From NCBI GenBank assembly GCA_965197475.1, contig CBDANF010000002.1, positions 160,001 through 224,000 of the forward strand: DNA of 64,000 bases, written 5' to 3'. Source of the stretch: Candidatus Poribacteria bacterium. GTDB taxonomy: Bacteria > Poribacteria > WGA-4E > WGA-3G. Made by a program: the position numbers and the translations under genes. Shown here piece by piece: positions 40,678-52,219 of the stretch (its first letter is position 1; every line of letters begins with the position of its first letter). The notes under the pieces are model-generated. The model ran no database searches. It saw only the letters and a program-made list of their open reading frames with translations, and had not been told where the DNA came from.

Positions 40678-41601
40678 ATGAAACCAAAACTCCTCTGTCT
40701 CCTCGGTCCCACAGCGGTTGGTAAAACAGAGATAGCGATTCAACTTGCACAACGCCTCAATGCCGAAATTATATCCGTTGACTCCCGACAAATATATCGT
40801 CAGATGGATGTCGGCACTGCGAAACCTACCCTTGCAGAACAGCAAGCAGCACGACATCATGTAATAGATTGTGTGGATATTGCGCAACCCTTCTCTGTTG
40901 CCGATTTTCAATCCCTTGCTGACACTGCAATCTCAGATATCCAAAACAGAGGTAAACAAGCTTTACTTGTCGGCGGCGCGGGTCTTTACTTTCGGGCGAT
41001 TGTTGATGGGTTGTTTGAGGGACCAGGGGCTGATGTTTCACTCCGAAAGCAACTTGAGCAGGAAGCAGCGCAGCACGGTGTTGATGTGCTCCATGATCGC
41101 CTCCGTGCCTGCGATCCAATATCTGCCCATCGGATTCATCCCAACAACCTCGTTCGAGTTATTCGCGCGCTTGAAATCTACGAACTAACAGGTACTCCCA
41201 TGTCCGAACACCAACAGCAGTGGCATCCGGAAAACCAACGTTTTCCGTTTATCGCCTTCGGATTGACGATACCTCGCGAGCTACTTTACCATCGCATTGA
41301 ACAACGCGTAGACGTGATGCTTGCTAACGGATTGATAGTGGAGGTGGAGTCGTTGTTAGCGGCAGGATATTCACGGGATACTTTTGCGCTCCAAAGTTTT
41401 GGGTATAAAGAACTGATAGCTTATCTGGATGGGAGGTGTACATATGTTGAAGCAGTTTCACAACTAAAACAGAACACGCGCCGATTTGCCAAACGACAGT
41501 TGACGTGGTTTCGTAAAGATATGCGTATTGAATGGTTAGATCGTGAGGAAATGCCCAATATTGTTGGCCATATTTTAAGGAAGATTAAAGGACAATTATG
41601 A
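40678..41601 (+). CDS. miaA: tRNA dimethylallyltransferase
   Basis: GPTAVGKT, DSRQIY..MDVGTAKP, TRRFAKRQLTWFR. Confidence 0.97.
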   Translation: MKPKLLCLLGPTAVGKTEIAIQLAQRLNAEIISVDSRQIYRQMDVGTAKPTLAEQQAARHHVIDCVDIAQPFSVADFQSLADTAISDIQNRGKQALLVGGAGLYFRAIVDGLFEGPGADVSLRKQLEQEAAQHGVDVLHDRLRACDPISAHRIHPNNLVRVIRALEIYELTGTPMSEHQQQWHPENQRFPFIAFGLTIPRELLYHRIEQRVDVMLANGLIVEVESLLAAGYSRDTFALQSFGYKELIAYLDGRCTYVEAVSQLKQNTRRFAKRQLTWFRKDMRIEWLDREEMPNIVGHILRKIKGQL

Positions 41602-41676
41602 TAAACACCTTCTTGATTATGTTAAGTAAAACTGATACAATAAATAATTGATGCTCTTAGCGAAAAGGAGAGAAAG

Positions 41677-43344
41677 ATGAGACGTTTTGGAACACAAGGT
41701 CCAGTCAACCCTCAAGAACACTACATTGTTTCACGGTCCGAGGAAATTGCCGACTACATTGCGCGTGTTGCAGAAGGCAAATATGTCGTCCTTTTCGCAC
41801 CACGCCAAACAGGCAAAACCACCTTCTTTCAAGCTGCCTTAGAAACACTCATTGCCGGTGTTGAACCAAATACATCTGTCACACCAACCGAATCCGTTTC
41901 AAAGTTTAACTACTTCCCTATTCAACTAAATTTTGACATCTATAAAAACCTTGATCTGTCAGAGTTTTATACGCATTTGTACGAACAGATCTGTGAAAAA
42001 ATAGAAGCCGTTTTTCAAAGACGTGGTGTTGTTCCTTCTGCGGATTTAAGTCAATTCCTGGAGAACACGACTTTAACAAATCATCTCTCATTGTTGTCGT
42101 TCTTTAAACGGTTTGCGAGTTTTCTGGACTCTGAGTTTGCTGGGCAGCAAGTTGTTCTTGTTATTGACGAATTTGATGGCATCCCGCAAGTTGCAGTAAG
42201 CGATTTCCTTCATACGCTCCGTCATATTTACATTTCCGGCAAGCCGCGATGTCCCCACAGCGTTGGTATCGTCGGAGTTAAGAGTATTGCGCAGCTCAAC
42301 TACGACAGGTCTATTTCCCCTTTCAATATTCAAGACGAGTTCCATCTGCCCAATTTTACCCTTGAACAGATGCAGAAACTGCTTGGACAATATACTGACG
42401 AAATCGGACAAGTCTTCATCCCAGAAGTTATAAAGTCTATTCATAAGCAAACTGCCGGGCAACCTGTGCTTGTCAACCGATTCGCGCAGATTCTCACAGA
42501 AGAACTGGATATCCCGAAAACTGAGCCGATTATCATGGCACACTTTTCAAAGGCACACGCTCAACTGCTACATGATCGGAATACCAATATTGAGCATCTA
42601 ACAACCAATATCCGAAAGAATCCGCGCTTTGAAAACGTTCTAATGCGAATTATGGAACGTGATGAAGGTGTGGACTTCAACATGGACGATGACATCATCA
42701 GTGAACTCGCCACTTATGGTGTCATCAAAAAAGCCTCAGACGGTATGTGTGAAATCCTCAATCCGATTTATCTCTACCGCATCATGAGAACCTTTAAACC
42801 GACAGTGAATGGCTTAGAGAATCAGTACCTTCCTGGAGGTGGCGATGAGGGATTTTTCAATTATCTCAAACCCACCGGTCAGATTGATATGGAGGCGTTA
42901 CTCAATAACTTTCGAGATTTCATTGCACGGGCGGGGTTCAAGATTTTACAGGTGCCAGATACGCCACAAGAATCGGTTGGCAGACATCTCCTGCTCGCGT
43001 ATCTCGACCAGTTTGTTAAAATCGTAGGCGGTTTTATGCACATTGAAGTGCAAACCGGCAGAGGCAGAATGGACATCATTATCACCCATAACCAGCAAAA
43101 ATATATCGTAGAAACAAAAATTTGGAGAGGCGACAGTCGTTATCAAACAGGTAAAAAGCAACTTGCTGTATATCTCAACACTGAGGGAGTAAAGGAGGGA
43201 TATTACATCGTCTTTGATCATCGAGAACAACCAGAGCCACGGACAGAGACAGAAATGATAGAGGGGTTGACGATTCGGAGTTATGTTATTCCTGTGATGC
43301 AGGAGCTACCCTCAGGAATTGTAAGTACTCATAGAATGAAATAA
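41677..43344 (+). CDS. AAA-like ATPase with C-terminal PD-(D/E)XK nuclease-like domain
   Basis: APRQTGKT, IDEFD, SPFNI; E...GRGRMDII...IVETKIW. Confidence 0.8.
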   Translation: MRRFGTQGPVNPQEHYIVSRSEEIADYIARVAEGKYVVLFAPRQTGKTTFFQAALETLIAGVEPNTSVTPTESVSKFNYFPIQLNFDIYKNLDLSEFYTHLYEQICEKIEAVFQRRGVVPSADLSQFLENTTLTNHLSLLSFFKRFASFLDSEFAGQQVVLVIDEFDGIPQVAVSDFLHTLRHIYISGKPRCPHSVGIVGVKSIAQLNYDRSISPFNIQDEFHLPNFTLEQMQKLLGQYTDEIGQVFIPEVIKSIHKQTAGQPVLVNRFAQILTEELDIPKTEPIIMAHFSKAHAQLLHDRNTNIEHLTTNIRKNPRFENVLMRIMERDEGVDFNMDDDIISELATYGVIKKASDGMCEILNPIYLYRIMRTFKPTVNGLENQYLPGGGDEGFFNYLKPTGQIDMEALLNNFRDFIARAGFKILQVPDTPQESVGRHLLLAYLDQFVKIVGGFMHIEVQTGRGRMDIIITHNQQKYIVETKIWRGDSRYQTGKKQLAVYLNTEGVKEGYYIVFDHREQPEPRTETEMIEGLTIRSYVIPVMQELPSGIVSTHRMK

Positions 43345-43353
43345 AATGGTTTT

Positions 43354-46300
43354 TCAATCAATACCATGTTCTTTGCAATAGTCCCGAATAATTGGCAAAA
43401 AATCATCGGCATATTTTTCGGTTTTCTTAGGACCAACACCATGAATTCGCCTAAATGCTGTTCGGGTTTTTGGGAAATGGATTGCCATTTCTCTTAATGT
43501 CCTATTAGTGAAAATCCCTTTTCCTTCTACCTTTGCCAACTTTTTACTTTTATCCTGAAGTTGCTCAAAAAGATCATGGTCGTATTCAATTCGTTCTTTG
43601 GATGTAGCATCATTAGTATTGAGACCTTCAGTTTTGATCTCTACCGAATTTATTCCATGCTCCTCGCAATAGGTAAGGATTATAGGAAAGAAAATATCAG
43701 TATATTTTTTTAATTTCTCTGGTTCTACGTTAGACATCTGTCTAAACGATTCCTCAGATGTCGGAAAATAGGTCGCCATCGCTTGAAGTGTTTTATCGTG
43801 AAAAGTCTCGTAAACCTGATGCCTCTCTGTCTCAAAGATTTTATCTCGTTCAGCTTGTAGTAATTCAAAGAGTTCTGGAGAATGTTCATTTAGTGCTTCG
43901 GATGTGGCATCATGAGTATTCAATGTTTCAGGTGCGTCCGCTACGGAATTAATGTCTTGTTCTTTGCAATAGTCGCGGATAATCGGTAAAAAATCATCGG
44001 AGTATTTTTCAACTTTCACATCACCAACACCATTAATCTGGAGAAATGCTTCCTTTGATTGTGGTAATTTGATTGCCATCTCTTGCAATGTCTTATTGCT
44101 AAAAATGCAGTATGCCGGTAACTTTTCATGCCCTGCTAACATTGTGCGTCTTTCGCGAAGTTGGTCGTAAAGTTCAGGAGCGGATAAGTTTGAAACCTCG
44201 GATGTTGATTCATAAGTATTTACTACTTCGGTTACCTGATTTACTGTATCCACCGGAAGTCCCCAAAACATCTCTTTGTTTTTTAATACATCCCACCCTT
44301 TTTTTGTCAAACGAAGACTACCGTACCGTGAATCTCGCTCTAGCAGTTCGTGTTTAAGGAATTGATGTGCTAAATATCGCCACTGCTCCTTGTTGTACTT
44401 GCTACCTTTGCCATAGGTCTTGATTTTATCATGGTCGTTATCAAGAATCTTTTTACGCTTTGAGCCCCGTAAAATATCAACAATATATACTTCTCCGAAA
44501 ATCTGATTTGTACAGTAAACACCAGAAAGAAATTTTTGCGCTGGTTCTGTCAAGTCAACCCGCTCCATTTCAGAATTGTGGCAGTTGTCACACATTCCAC
44601 AATTCTGTATCTCGTATTCTTCCCCGAAATAGCCTAACAATTCCTTACGGCGGCACTCTGTTGAAGTCGTCCACGAAACAAGCGTTTGCAATCGTTTAAG
44701 TCGTCCTTCCCGTTCAGATGAGGCACCTTGCTCAATGAAATCGTTGATGATTTCTGCATCTTCATTATCAAATAGCAAAAGACATTCTGCTCTGATCCTA
44801 TCTCGGCCTGCACGTCCAATTTCCTGATAATAAGATTCTGGATTCTTTGGCAATCCAGCATGTAGGACAAAGCGTACATCTGCTTTGTCTATACCCATTC
44901 CAAACGCAATTGTGGCAACTATCACCCGGGTGTTGCCATTAATGAAAGCCTCTTGATTTTGCTTGCGGGTTTCACTATCAAGTCCTGCATGATAGGGCAG
45001 TGCCGAAATTCCATGTGCCACTAAATCCTGATACAGCGATTCAACTTGTTTTCTCCTTTGACAGTAGATTATACCGGAGCCGTTAGTATGCTTATTAAGA
45101 AATGTTAATGTTTGCCCAAGTAAGTCAAACCGCGGCTCAACAGCGATGAAGAGGTTTTCTCTGTCAAAACTGGTAATAAACTCGTTTTCATCAGGAATTT
45201 TTAGCAACTTCTTAATATCATCTTGAACCCGCGGAGTTGCGGTGGCCGTTAGTGCCACACAAACAGCGTTCGGAAAGCGTTGACGAATAGAGACTAATTC
45301 TCGATAATCTGGACGAAAATCGTGCCCCCACTGCGAAATACAGTGTGCTTCATCAATCGCAAGACATGACACATTTGATCTATCAAGTTTCAGCAACGTT
45401 CCAGGTTTCACCAGCGTTTCAGGAGCCATGTAAAGCAGCTTCACTTCACCCTGTTTGACACGTTGCATTGTGGTTTCTTGTTCTGAATAGCTGAGAGTGC
45501 TGTTGAAAAAGGCCGCGCGAATACCCCTCTGTTCCAACTTCATTACCTGGTCCTGCATAAGCGAAATTAGCGGTGAAACAACAACGGTCAGACCGTCAAA
45601 GATAAGTGCTGGCAATTGGTAACAGAGTGACTTTCCACCACCCGTCGGTAGAACAATCAGAGCATCCTGCCCATTGAGGATATGTTTAATAATCTCGTCC
45701 TGAAATGGGCGGAACCCTTCATGCCCAAAAACGTTTTTGAGAATTTCTAAGGAAGTTTGCGTTAAAGTTTGAGATGGAGGCAGTTTCTCTTTACGGAGAG
45801 GTTTCTGTTCTTCTTGCGTTGCTTTCTCAAAAAACCAGCCAGAAATTTGAGCGTAGCAACGTTTTTCTACTTCTGGTTTATCTTCTGGTCGCCACCAATG
45901 CGCTAGCGACACCCGCAAGAGCGTATCTGCAGGAATTATCTCAAGCGGTTCTTGAAAACCTCCGAAAGTAAATGTACAGCCTCCATTTTCTGTAGGATAA
46001 CGATACCGGGGTCTCTGTTTCTCTATATCAAGGGTGAGCGGCAGATCTGGTCTCCAAAATGTAGTGCTGTAGATTGGAATACCGTTTTGCTTGGCGATGT
46101 GCAGCCTACCGCGCTCAGTATTTTGCAATAAACCTTCATAAAGCATCCGCGGAGGTCCAATTTTCGGCGGCATTAAGAGTTCAATTGCACTTATCAGCTC
46201 TCTCGTGTCTTGCGTCCTATAAAGCCGCGACTTACTGTGCACGACAAAGTTTTCGTTATGTGGCGGAATCAGCGAAGTTTCCGGTTCACCAGTAATTTTC

Positions 46301-46449
46301 CAAATATCGCCAACCTCATATTTTCGATTAGCACCGTCATGCGGATCAGCGTTAAAAGGGATGAGTCTAACACTTTCTCCCGTCTCTGTAATTGCGCCAA
46401 TACACGCACCGCTCCCCATTCGTGTTTTCGCAACAATTAGAACTCTCAT
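43354..46449 (-). CDS. recQ: RecQ helicase with an extra N-terminal dual-OB-like domain and three HRDC domains
   Basis: [39 protein letters not shown]; three HRDC-like repeats; about 205-aa N-terminal domain (IVAKT.M...CIGA...VRL). Confidence 0.88.
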   Translation of the reverse strand: MRVLIVAKTRMGSGACIGAITETGESVRLIPFNADPHDGANRKYEVGDIWKITGEPETSLIPPHNENFVVHSKSRLYRTQDTRELISAIELLMPPKIGPPRMLYEGLLQNTERGRLHIAKQNGIPIYSTTFWRPDLPLTLDIEKQRPRYRYPTENGGCTFTFGGFQEPLEIIPADTLLRVSLAHWWRPEDKPEVEKRCYAQISGWFFEKATQEEQKPLRKEKLPPSQTLTQTSLEILKNVFGHEGFRPFQDEIIKHILNGQDALIVLPTGGGKSLCYQLPALIFDGLTVVVSPLISLMQDQVMKLEQRGIRAAFFNSTLSYSEQETTMQRVKQGEVKLLYMAPETLVKPGTLLKLDRSNVSCLAIDEAHCISQWGHDFRPDYRELVSIRQRFPNAVCVALTATATPRVQDDIKKLLKIPDENEFITSFDRENLFIAVEPRFDLLGQTLTFLNKHTNGSGIIYCQRRKQVESLYQDLVAHGISALPYHAGLDSETRKQNQEAFINGNTRVIVATIAFGMGIDKADVRFVLHAGLPKNPESYYQEIGRAGRDRIRAECLLLFDNEDAEIINDFIEQGASSEREGRLKRLQTLVSWTTSTECRRKELLGYFGEEYEIQNCGMCDNCHNSEMERVDLTEPAQKFLSGVYCTNQIFGEVYIVDILRGSKRKKILDNDHDKIKTYGKGSKYNKEQWRYLAHQFLKHELLERDSRYGSLRLTKKGWDVLKNKEMFWGLPVDTVNQVTEVVNTYESTSEVSNLSAPELYDQLRERRTMLAGHEKLPAYCIFSNKTLQEMAIKLPQSKEAFLQINGVGDVKVEKYSDDFLPIIRDYCKEQDINSVADAPETLNTHDATSEALNEHSPELFELLQAERDKIFETERHQVYETFHDKTLQAMATYFPTSEESFRQMSNVEPEKLKKYTDIFFPIILTYCEEHGINSVEIKTEGLNTNDATSKERIEYDHDLFEQLQDKSKKLAKVEGKGIFTNRTLREMAIHFPKTRTAFRRIHGVGPKKTEKYADDFLPIIRDYCKEHGID

Positions 46450-46934
46450 GGCAAAATATTTTCAACCTCCAAATTGAATGTTTCCGCCAGTTTATCTGCT
46501 ACTAATGATCGGTGACATGCCTCCGGTGCAGTTTCTACACAAAAGAGTGCCAAAATCTTTGCATCCGATTCTAATTCATCAAGCAGACTTTGCGGGTCAA
46601 ACGCATCAAGGCATTCGGTGTGATAAGCTTCAATAAACGCTTCTCCAAGTTCAGTGCGTTTACGTTTAGCCGTTTTTGTTGCTTTATCCGCCGCAGCTTG
46701 CTTTTCTCGGACGGTTTTTGTCGGCCCAAGGTCCTTTCTATGGATATATCGGATGCCAAGTTTTGCAAGACGTGCTTGCAACCGCTTGCTGTTGGCAAAT
46801 GCATAAGTTGCGCCGCGCACACCTCGTCGGCTACGAATATCGCAGAACGTATCAACCTCTGCTTTGCACAAAGCGTCAAAAAAACTGGTTTCATCAAATC
46901 CATATACACCTATAGTCACAATTTTAATCTTCAT
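46446..46934 (-). CDS. DUF488 family protein
   Basis: [32 protein letters not shown]. Confidence 0.85.
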   Translation of the reverse strand: MKIKIVTIGVYGFDETSFFDALCKAEVDTFCDIRSRRGVRGATYAFANSKRLQARLAKLGIRYIHRKDLGPTKTVREKQAAADKATKTAKRKRTELGEAFIEAYHTECLDAFDPQSLLDELESDAKILALFCVETAPEACHRSLVADKLAETFNLEVENILP

Positions 46935-47494
46935 ACTGAATCAGGGCGTTTCTTCCGCGAGTGAAACGTCTCCTCCCCAAACAGATCCATCTGCCCACCC
47001 GTAATACGCTCAATAATCTGCTCCTGAGTCATCTGCTCACTGTTTTCATCAATATGAATCACAGGTAAATCCTGAGTCGTGAGGGTTGCACTAATCAGTT
47101 TACATCGATGGCAATGCTCCGGCTTCTCCTCGCTACACATAAGTGCCACGCACTGTTGTTGCAAAAAGGCGTTGTGGAGACGTTTAATACCACGCTGATA
47201 AAATTCCGCATTCTGAACTTTCTCGTAATCAACCATTCCGTTGACGTAACACGTTTCATCATCAGGTTTGCCACCGAGTGAATCTCCCATAAACACATAG
47301 CGAATACCTTGCTGTTCTAATTCATTAGCAAGCGGTTTTTTAGAGAATTCCGGTTTATAGCGTGAATACGGAACTGAACGGACATCAATGAGAAAAACAA
47401 TCTCATACTGGCGAAGCACCTCAATGAATTCCGTTATCGAACGGCTGCCATAACCTATCGTATAGATTGGGATAGTGTCTGTTGTTCTTTCCAT
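46931..47494 (-). CDS. DUF488 family protein
   Basis: IYTIGYG, IDVRSVPYSR, LGG.P, ALMCSE..PEHCHR. Confidence 0.9.
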   Translation of the reverse strand: MERTTDTIPIYTIGYGSRSITEFIEVLRQYEIVFLIDVRSVPYSRYKPEFSKKPLANELEQQGIRYVFMGDSLGGKPDDETCYVNGMVDYEKVQNAEFYQRGIKRLHNAFLQQQCVALMCSEEKPEHCHRCKLISATLTTQDLPVIHIDENSEQMTQEQIIERITGGQMDLFGEETFHSRKKRPDSV

Positions 47495-47813
47495 GATAAG
47501 TAGATAATATCATATTACCCTCCAAAAAACAACTGGATTTTATTGCTCCATTTCTCCAATTAAAAAATCCTTGCTATTTTAACATAGAATCTGTTATATT
47601 AATTACATTCCTTGATTTTGTGTAGATAGCGCATTAGTTCTCCGTTTTTTCAGAACTTTTTTAGGATAATATAGTCTAATTCATAAGGATATGGTCGGAA
47701 CCGTTTCTGCTAAGCGTGTCCATATCAGGGAACTTGTGCTACGTTTTGGGGTAACTCTCAATAAATAGACAGGATTTATGACCTCAGGATTTGCCATAGA
47801 CAAAAGGTAAAAG

Positions 47814-48473
47814 ATGAAAGAGAGTTGGCAAAACCTTATTGATCTCGTTGTGAAGCCAAGTGCTACATTTGAACGTCTTAAAGCCAACCCGAAGTGGGTG
47901 ATGGCATTTGTTCTATTTTTTTCACTTTCTATCGGGTTGGCTTGGGCAAATGCGCCGTTCATAGAACGCCTCATGTTCCTACTGAAACCGGATGTCGCTA
48001 CAACAACTTCCTTCAAATCATATCTGACAAAGGGGACTGTTACAATAGTACTCTGGTGCATTATACTGAGTGTGATATTCACAATCGCAGCGCGAGTTTT
48101 CAAAATAAATCCCGCACTAAAATTTAAACATATTTATGCGGCCGTTGTGCATACGTCATTGATCGGCACCATAATATATCTAATCAATATTGGGTTGTTC
48201 CCATTTTTTAGGCAGCTTGAAGATATTAATAGACCGATTGATATGAAACTTCTCCCGGGATTACACATGTTAGCGGGATCAATCGAAAATGCACATATTC
48301 TTACGTTTCTGAGTTATATAAACCCTTTGAGTGTATGGTATATTGTTGTCTTAACAATTGCCGTTGCTATTCTCGCCGAAGTAAACCGAGTTAAGGCATG
48401 TTTTACAGCACTAATCATCTTTTTTATTAGAATTGGTACCGAGATTCTGTTTTTTTATCTGACTTTTTACTAA
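47814..48473 (+). CDS. Yip1-family membrane protein
   Basis: KPSATFERL..PKW, INPLSVWY; about five TM helices. Confidence 0.75.
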   Translation: MKESWQNLIDLVVKPSATFERLKANPKWVMAFVLFFSLSIGLAWANAPFIERLMFLLKPDVATTTSFKSYLTKGTVTIVLWCIILSVIFTIAARVFKINPALKFKHIYAAVVHTSLIGTIIYLINIGLFPFFRQLEDINRPIDMKLLPGLHMLAGSIENAHILTFLSYINPLSVWYIVVLTIAVAILAEVNRVKACFTALIIFFIRIGTEILFFYLTFY

Positions 48474-48630
48474 ATGTATCAATACCACAGAAATAGTTGT
48501 GAGTTAAAATAATTTTGCGAGATTAAAACACTTTTTAACTGATACCGAGAAATGTCTTCAAAATATAGGCGGATATCTGTAAGTTGCTCCAAACCTGTCT
48601 TTTGGCAGATGGGGTGAAGGAGAAAAATTA

Positions 48631-51600
48631 ATGAGTCCCAGCGAAAATTATGCAGAATTACAAGCAAAGATTTTAGACGCGCGGCGTGTGTGGAAACGCA
48701 GCCTCTTCTGGACAGGATTTGCCATTGTACTAATAGGTATCCTTGCAATTCTGGTTGGAGGATCAATTGTTGATTGGCTAATGCCGATGCCAAGTGCTGT
48801 CCGTATTGCCCTGCTTGCAGGAATTGTCGGCACAACCCTCTACCTACTTTACAAATACCTGATTCAACCGATGAGAGCCGCACTTACCCTCCGCGATGTT
48901 GCTCTCAACGTTGAACAAAGCCATCCAAACCTTGAGGATAGGCTTGTGAGTGCTGTGCAATTCGGTGCCCGCGAATCTGATGATCCAATTGAGTCGCACA
49001 TGCTTCAACGATTGCTTGAAGACACAACTCAACGGATCAAAGGGATTGATTTCAAAACAACGATTGACCACAGTCGAGCCCGGAAGTATGTCGGTATCGC
49101 AGTTTTAGTCATTGCTGCATGTGGTTTGCTTGCACTCCTGTTTCCCACAGAAATCAATACGAGCTTGATGCGAATACTTGTGCCGTGGGAAAAAACTGAC
49201 CCGATTTTAACAACCAAGGTTAAAGTTTCACCCGGCAATGCTCGTATCCTGCGTGGAAAAAGCCTGCCTATCCAAGTCATCGTTACTGGCAAATCCGCAG
49301 AAAAGGTTGTCTTGGCGTATTATGACAAAGATGCTCCGCCTACTGCAGAAAACGAAAATAGCAAACAAGAAGTCAATATGGTGCAAAACCCGAAGGATAA
49401 ACGCGGATTTGCTTATGAAATTTTCAATATTAACGCGGATATGGAATACTATGTTGTGGCTAATGAAACGACATCAGAACGCTACACAGTTGAGGTTTTC
49501 GAGATGCCGCGCATAGACAATGTTTCCGTCTCTTATACCTACCCTGAGTATACGATGCTCAAACCGGTTGTGCAGCAAGGTAGTGGGGACATTCAAGCGG
49601 TCGTCGGCAGCACAGCAGAAATCAGAATCACCGCCAATAAAACTATTCAGAAAGCAACGTTCACCCTCCAAAGTTCAGAATCTGCAGCCAAAACTGAAGA
49701 TAGTGACACGGATGAATCGGTTCCTTCAAAATCCTCAGAAATGGTCATTGCTGATGGTAACATTCTCACCACAACCTTAGAAGTCCGTGAAGATGGGAAA
49801 TATACTGTTGAACTGCTCTGTATTGATGGGTTCAATAATGAGGTGCCGATTGAATATAATATCAAAGCAATGCCGGACAACGCGCCTGAAGTGGTTATCA
49901 AAGAACCCGGACGCGATGTGAAAGCAACAAAATTGGAAGAGGTGAAAATCGTTGCTGAGGCTACGGACGACTACGGTGTTGAAAAATTAAGCTTAATGTA
50001 TCGCATCGGCGCAGGTGAATTGAAGGAGATCGTCCTTGAATCTACTGGTGAACTTACAGCGGAAGATGCTGATTTGCGATCAGGTAAACACCTCCAAGCT
50101 GGCACTTATACCTTCTATCTGGAGGAATTTGATGTTGAACCGGGCGAAGTTATCTCCTATTACGCACACGCCATCGACAATAACACGCTTACAGGACCTG
50201 GTGAAGCGAACAGTGAGATTTACTTCATAGAAATCAAACCTTTTAATCAGAGGCTCGAACAGGGTGAATCAGCTGAAGAACAACAGCAACAACAAGGTAT
50301 GCCGAACCCGTTTCTCGAATTAATGGCTTCTCAGAAGCAGATTATCCGAGAGACATGGAAGCATATTAACGCAAAACCAGATACGGTTACAGAAGAATAC
50401 AGGTCCGCAGTTAAGAAAACTAGTGAGAAGCAATCTGAACTAAAGGATAATACTCAGCGCGTGGCAGACGAGCTTAGTACTGCGATGCAAGAAATGCAGG
50501 TTGCACCAGAAGTTATGATGAACCTTGAAGAGGCAATTGCTCAGATGGGCAAGGCGAGAGATAACCTGAATGCTACCCAACCTGTAGAGGCAATGCCACC
50601 GGAACAAGCTGCACTTGAACTGCTCAATAAAGTCAATCTTGAAATCCCAAAAGTGCTGCAGCAGGCGAGATCTAGTCAGCCGCAACTCGCTGAGAACTTT
50701 GAATTGGAAATGGAAGATTTGCAAAGCGAGCTTGAACAGGATCAGGAAGAACTTGAACGAGAGATGCAGGAACAGACGCAGCAAATGTTAGACCAAGCGC
50801 GTGAAATGTTGGAACAACAGCAGAACCTAAATCAACAGAGCCAGCAGTTGGGCAGAGAAAATCAACCCTCTCCAAGCGACATGCAACAGAACAGTCAGCA
50901 GCAGGGGCAGTTGTCTCAGCAAGCGCAGCAGATGTCACAACAACTCGGTCAAATGCAAGGCAATGCGCAAGGCACACAGGAACAACGCCTGGGTCAGGCT
51001 GGACAGGCAATGCAACAAGCAGGCGAACAGATGCAACAAGCTTCGCAAGGGATGCAACAGCAGCAACCTCAGCAGAGTGCTGCTAAAGGTGAAAAGGCGG
51101 AAGACAGGCTTGAAGAAGCCATTGAACAACTTGAGAGAGCCGCCGCTGAATTCACAGATAATGCGTTAGAGAGAACTTCCCAACAACTGCAGCAGTTGAC
51201 TGAGGAGCAATCTGACGTTCAACAGCAGACGCAAGAACTAAGGGATAGGTCTCAGCAATCCGGAATGAGTCCCGAAGATTATCGCCAAGCCTCTGAACTC
51301 TCGAATCAACAACGTCAACTTCAACAGGACTTAGAGTCGCTTCAGAACAATTTGAGCGATCTTCAGGAACAACTTAGCCAAGAGAATCCGGAGGCTTCCC
51401 AAAATGTCTCAAATGCCTCAAGAAGACTTACTGAAGAACAGACTGCGGAAGATATGGCAACGGCGCAGCGTGCATTGCAATGGCGTAGTTTGCAATCCGC
51501 AGACCTGAATCAGCAAGAAGCGGTAGAGACTTTAGAGCAAGCACAAGCGGATCTTCAACAGGCAAAAGCCAATATGGCACGCACTGAAGAGGAACAACTT

Positions 51601-52155
51601 GAAGCTGCCCTGGAACAACTCCAAAACTTTGAAGAACAGATGCAAGATATACAACGTGAACTTGAAGCGATGGAGGGACAGGAACAGACAGAGGCGCAAC
51701 AAGAACGAGAACAGCAGCTTGCTGAACAACAGCAGCAGCTTCAGGAACGGATGCAACAAGCGCAGCAGGCTATGCAGAATGCACAGGAAGGGGAGCAACC
51801 CGGACAGGAAGGGCAACAACCTGCACAGAATGGACAGGAAGGGCAACAACCTGCACAGAACGGACAGGGCGAAAACGAAACTGATGTCGCACGCGGCGGG
51901 GCAGAATCCAATCGCAAAATTGAGGAATTGTGGCTCGGCATGCTTGATGCTATGCAGCCCCCTCGGACAAATCGTTCCAGACCTTTTCCGAACTATGAAC
52001 TCGCTATCCGTGATCTGAGAAAACTGGAATCCGCTTTAGAAGAACGGCTCAGTATGCTTCAAGAGAAGAAACAGTTGACACAGGTTGCGAAGGAAGACGT
52101 GCCCCCTGAATATCGCAGACTCGTTGATAACTACTACGAGTCTTTAGCGAAGTAG
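48631..52155 (+). CDS. DUF4175-like membrane-anchored Gln-rich coiled-coil protein
   Basis: L.DRLVSAVQF, P.Y, DNAPEV.I..P, ATDDYGV, long Q-rich region, VPPEYRRLVDNYYESL. Confidence 0.8.
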   Translation: MSPSENYAELQAKILDARRVWKRSLFWTGFAIVLIGILAILVGGSIVDWLMPMPSAVRIALLAGIVGTTLYLLYKYLIQPMRAALTLRDVALNVEQSHPNLEDRLVSAVQFGARESDDPIESHMLQRLLEDTTQRIKGIDFKTTIDHSRARKYVGIAVLVIAACGLLALLFPTEINTSLMRILVPWEKTDPILTTKVKVSPGNARILRGKSLPIQVIVTGKSAEKVVLAYYDKDAPPTAENENSKQEVNMVQNPKDKRGFAYEIFNINADMEYYVVANETTSERYTVEVFEMPRIDNVSVSYTYPEYTMLKPVVQQGSGDIQAVVGSTAEIRITANKTIQKATFTLQSSESAAKTEDSDTDESVPSKSSEMVIADGNILTTTLEVREDGKYTVELLCIDGFNNEVPIEYNIKAMPDNAPEVVIKEPGRDVKATKLEEVKIVAEATDDYGVEKLSLMYRIGAGELKEIVLESTGELTAEDADLRSGKHLQAGTYTFYLEEFDVEPGEVISYYAHAIDNNTLTGPGEANSEIYFIEIKPFNQRLEQGESAEEQQQQQGMPNPFLELMASQKQIIRETWKHINAKPDTVTEEYRSAVKKTSEKQSELKDNTQRVADELSTAMQEMQVAPEVMMNLEEAIAQMGKARDNLNATQPVEAMPPEQAALELLNKVNLEIPKVLQQARSSQPQLAENFELEMEDLQSELEQDQEELEREMQEQTQQMLDQAREMLEQQQNLNQQSQQLGRENQPSPSDMQQNSQQQGQLSQQAQQMSQQLGQMQGNAQGTQEQRLGQAGQAMQQAGEQMQQASQGMQQQQPQQSAAKGEKAEDRLEEAIEQLERAAAEFTDNALERTSQQLQQLTEEQSDVQQQTQELRDRSQQSGMSPEDYRQASELSNQQRQLQQDLESLQNNLSDLQEQLSQENPEASQNVSNASRRLTEEQTAEDMATAQRALQWRSLQSADLNQQEAVETLEQAQADLQQAKANMARTEEEQLEAALEQLQNFEEQMQDIQRELEAMEGQEQTEAQQEREQQLAEQQQQLQERMQQAQQAMQNAQEGEQPGQEGQQPAQNGQEGQQPAQNGQGENETDVARGGAESNRKIEELWLGMLDAMQPPRTNRSRPFPNYELAIRDLRKLESALEERLSMLQEKKQLTQVAKEDVPPEYRRLVDNYYESLAK
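51802..51867 (+). repeat. 30-bp tandem repeat encoding GQEGQQPAQN
   Basis: GGACAGGAAGGGCAACAACCTGCACAGAAY twice plus a partial copy. Confidence 0.85.
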
Positions 52156-52219
52156 GCGGGTTGCATTCAACTATGGTGGAATATGAAATAGGTAGACACC
52201 TACTAGTAGGCGCGCTTTG

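Noticed and set aside
40014-40712. 232-aa antisense ORF (also 16150..16749 and 53136..53765)
   Set aside because: Shadow frames opposite well-supported genes.
36656-47560. Prophage or integrative element
   Set aside because: No integrase, structural genes or att-like repeats seen, and core mnmA-miaA lie in the middle.
50600-51870. CAG/CAA-rich low-complexity DNA as a non-coding repeat array
   Set aside because: Explained by the Gln-rich coding region of the DUF4175-like protein.
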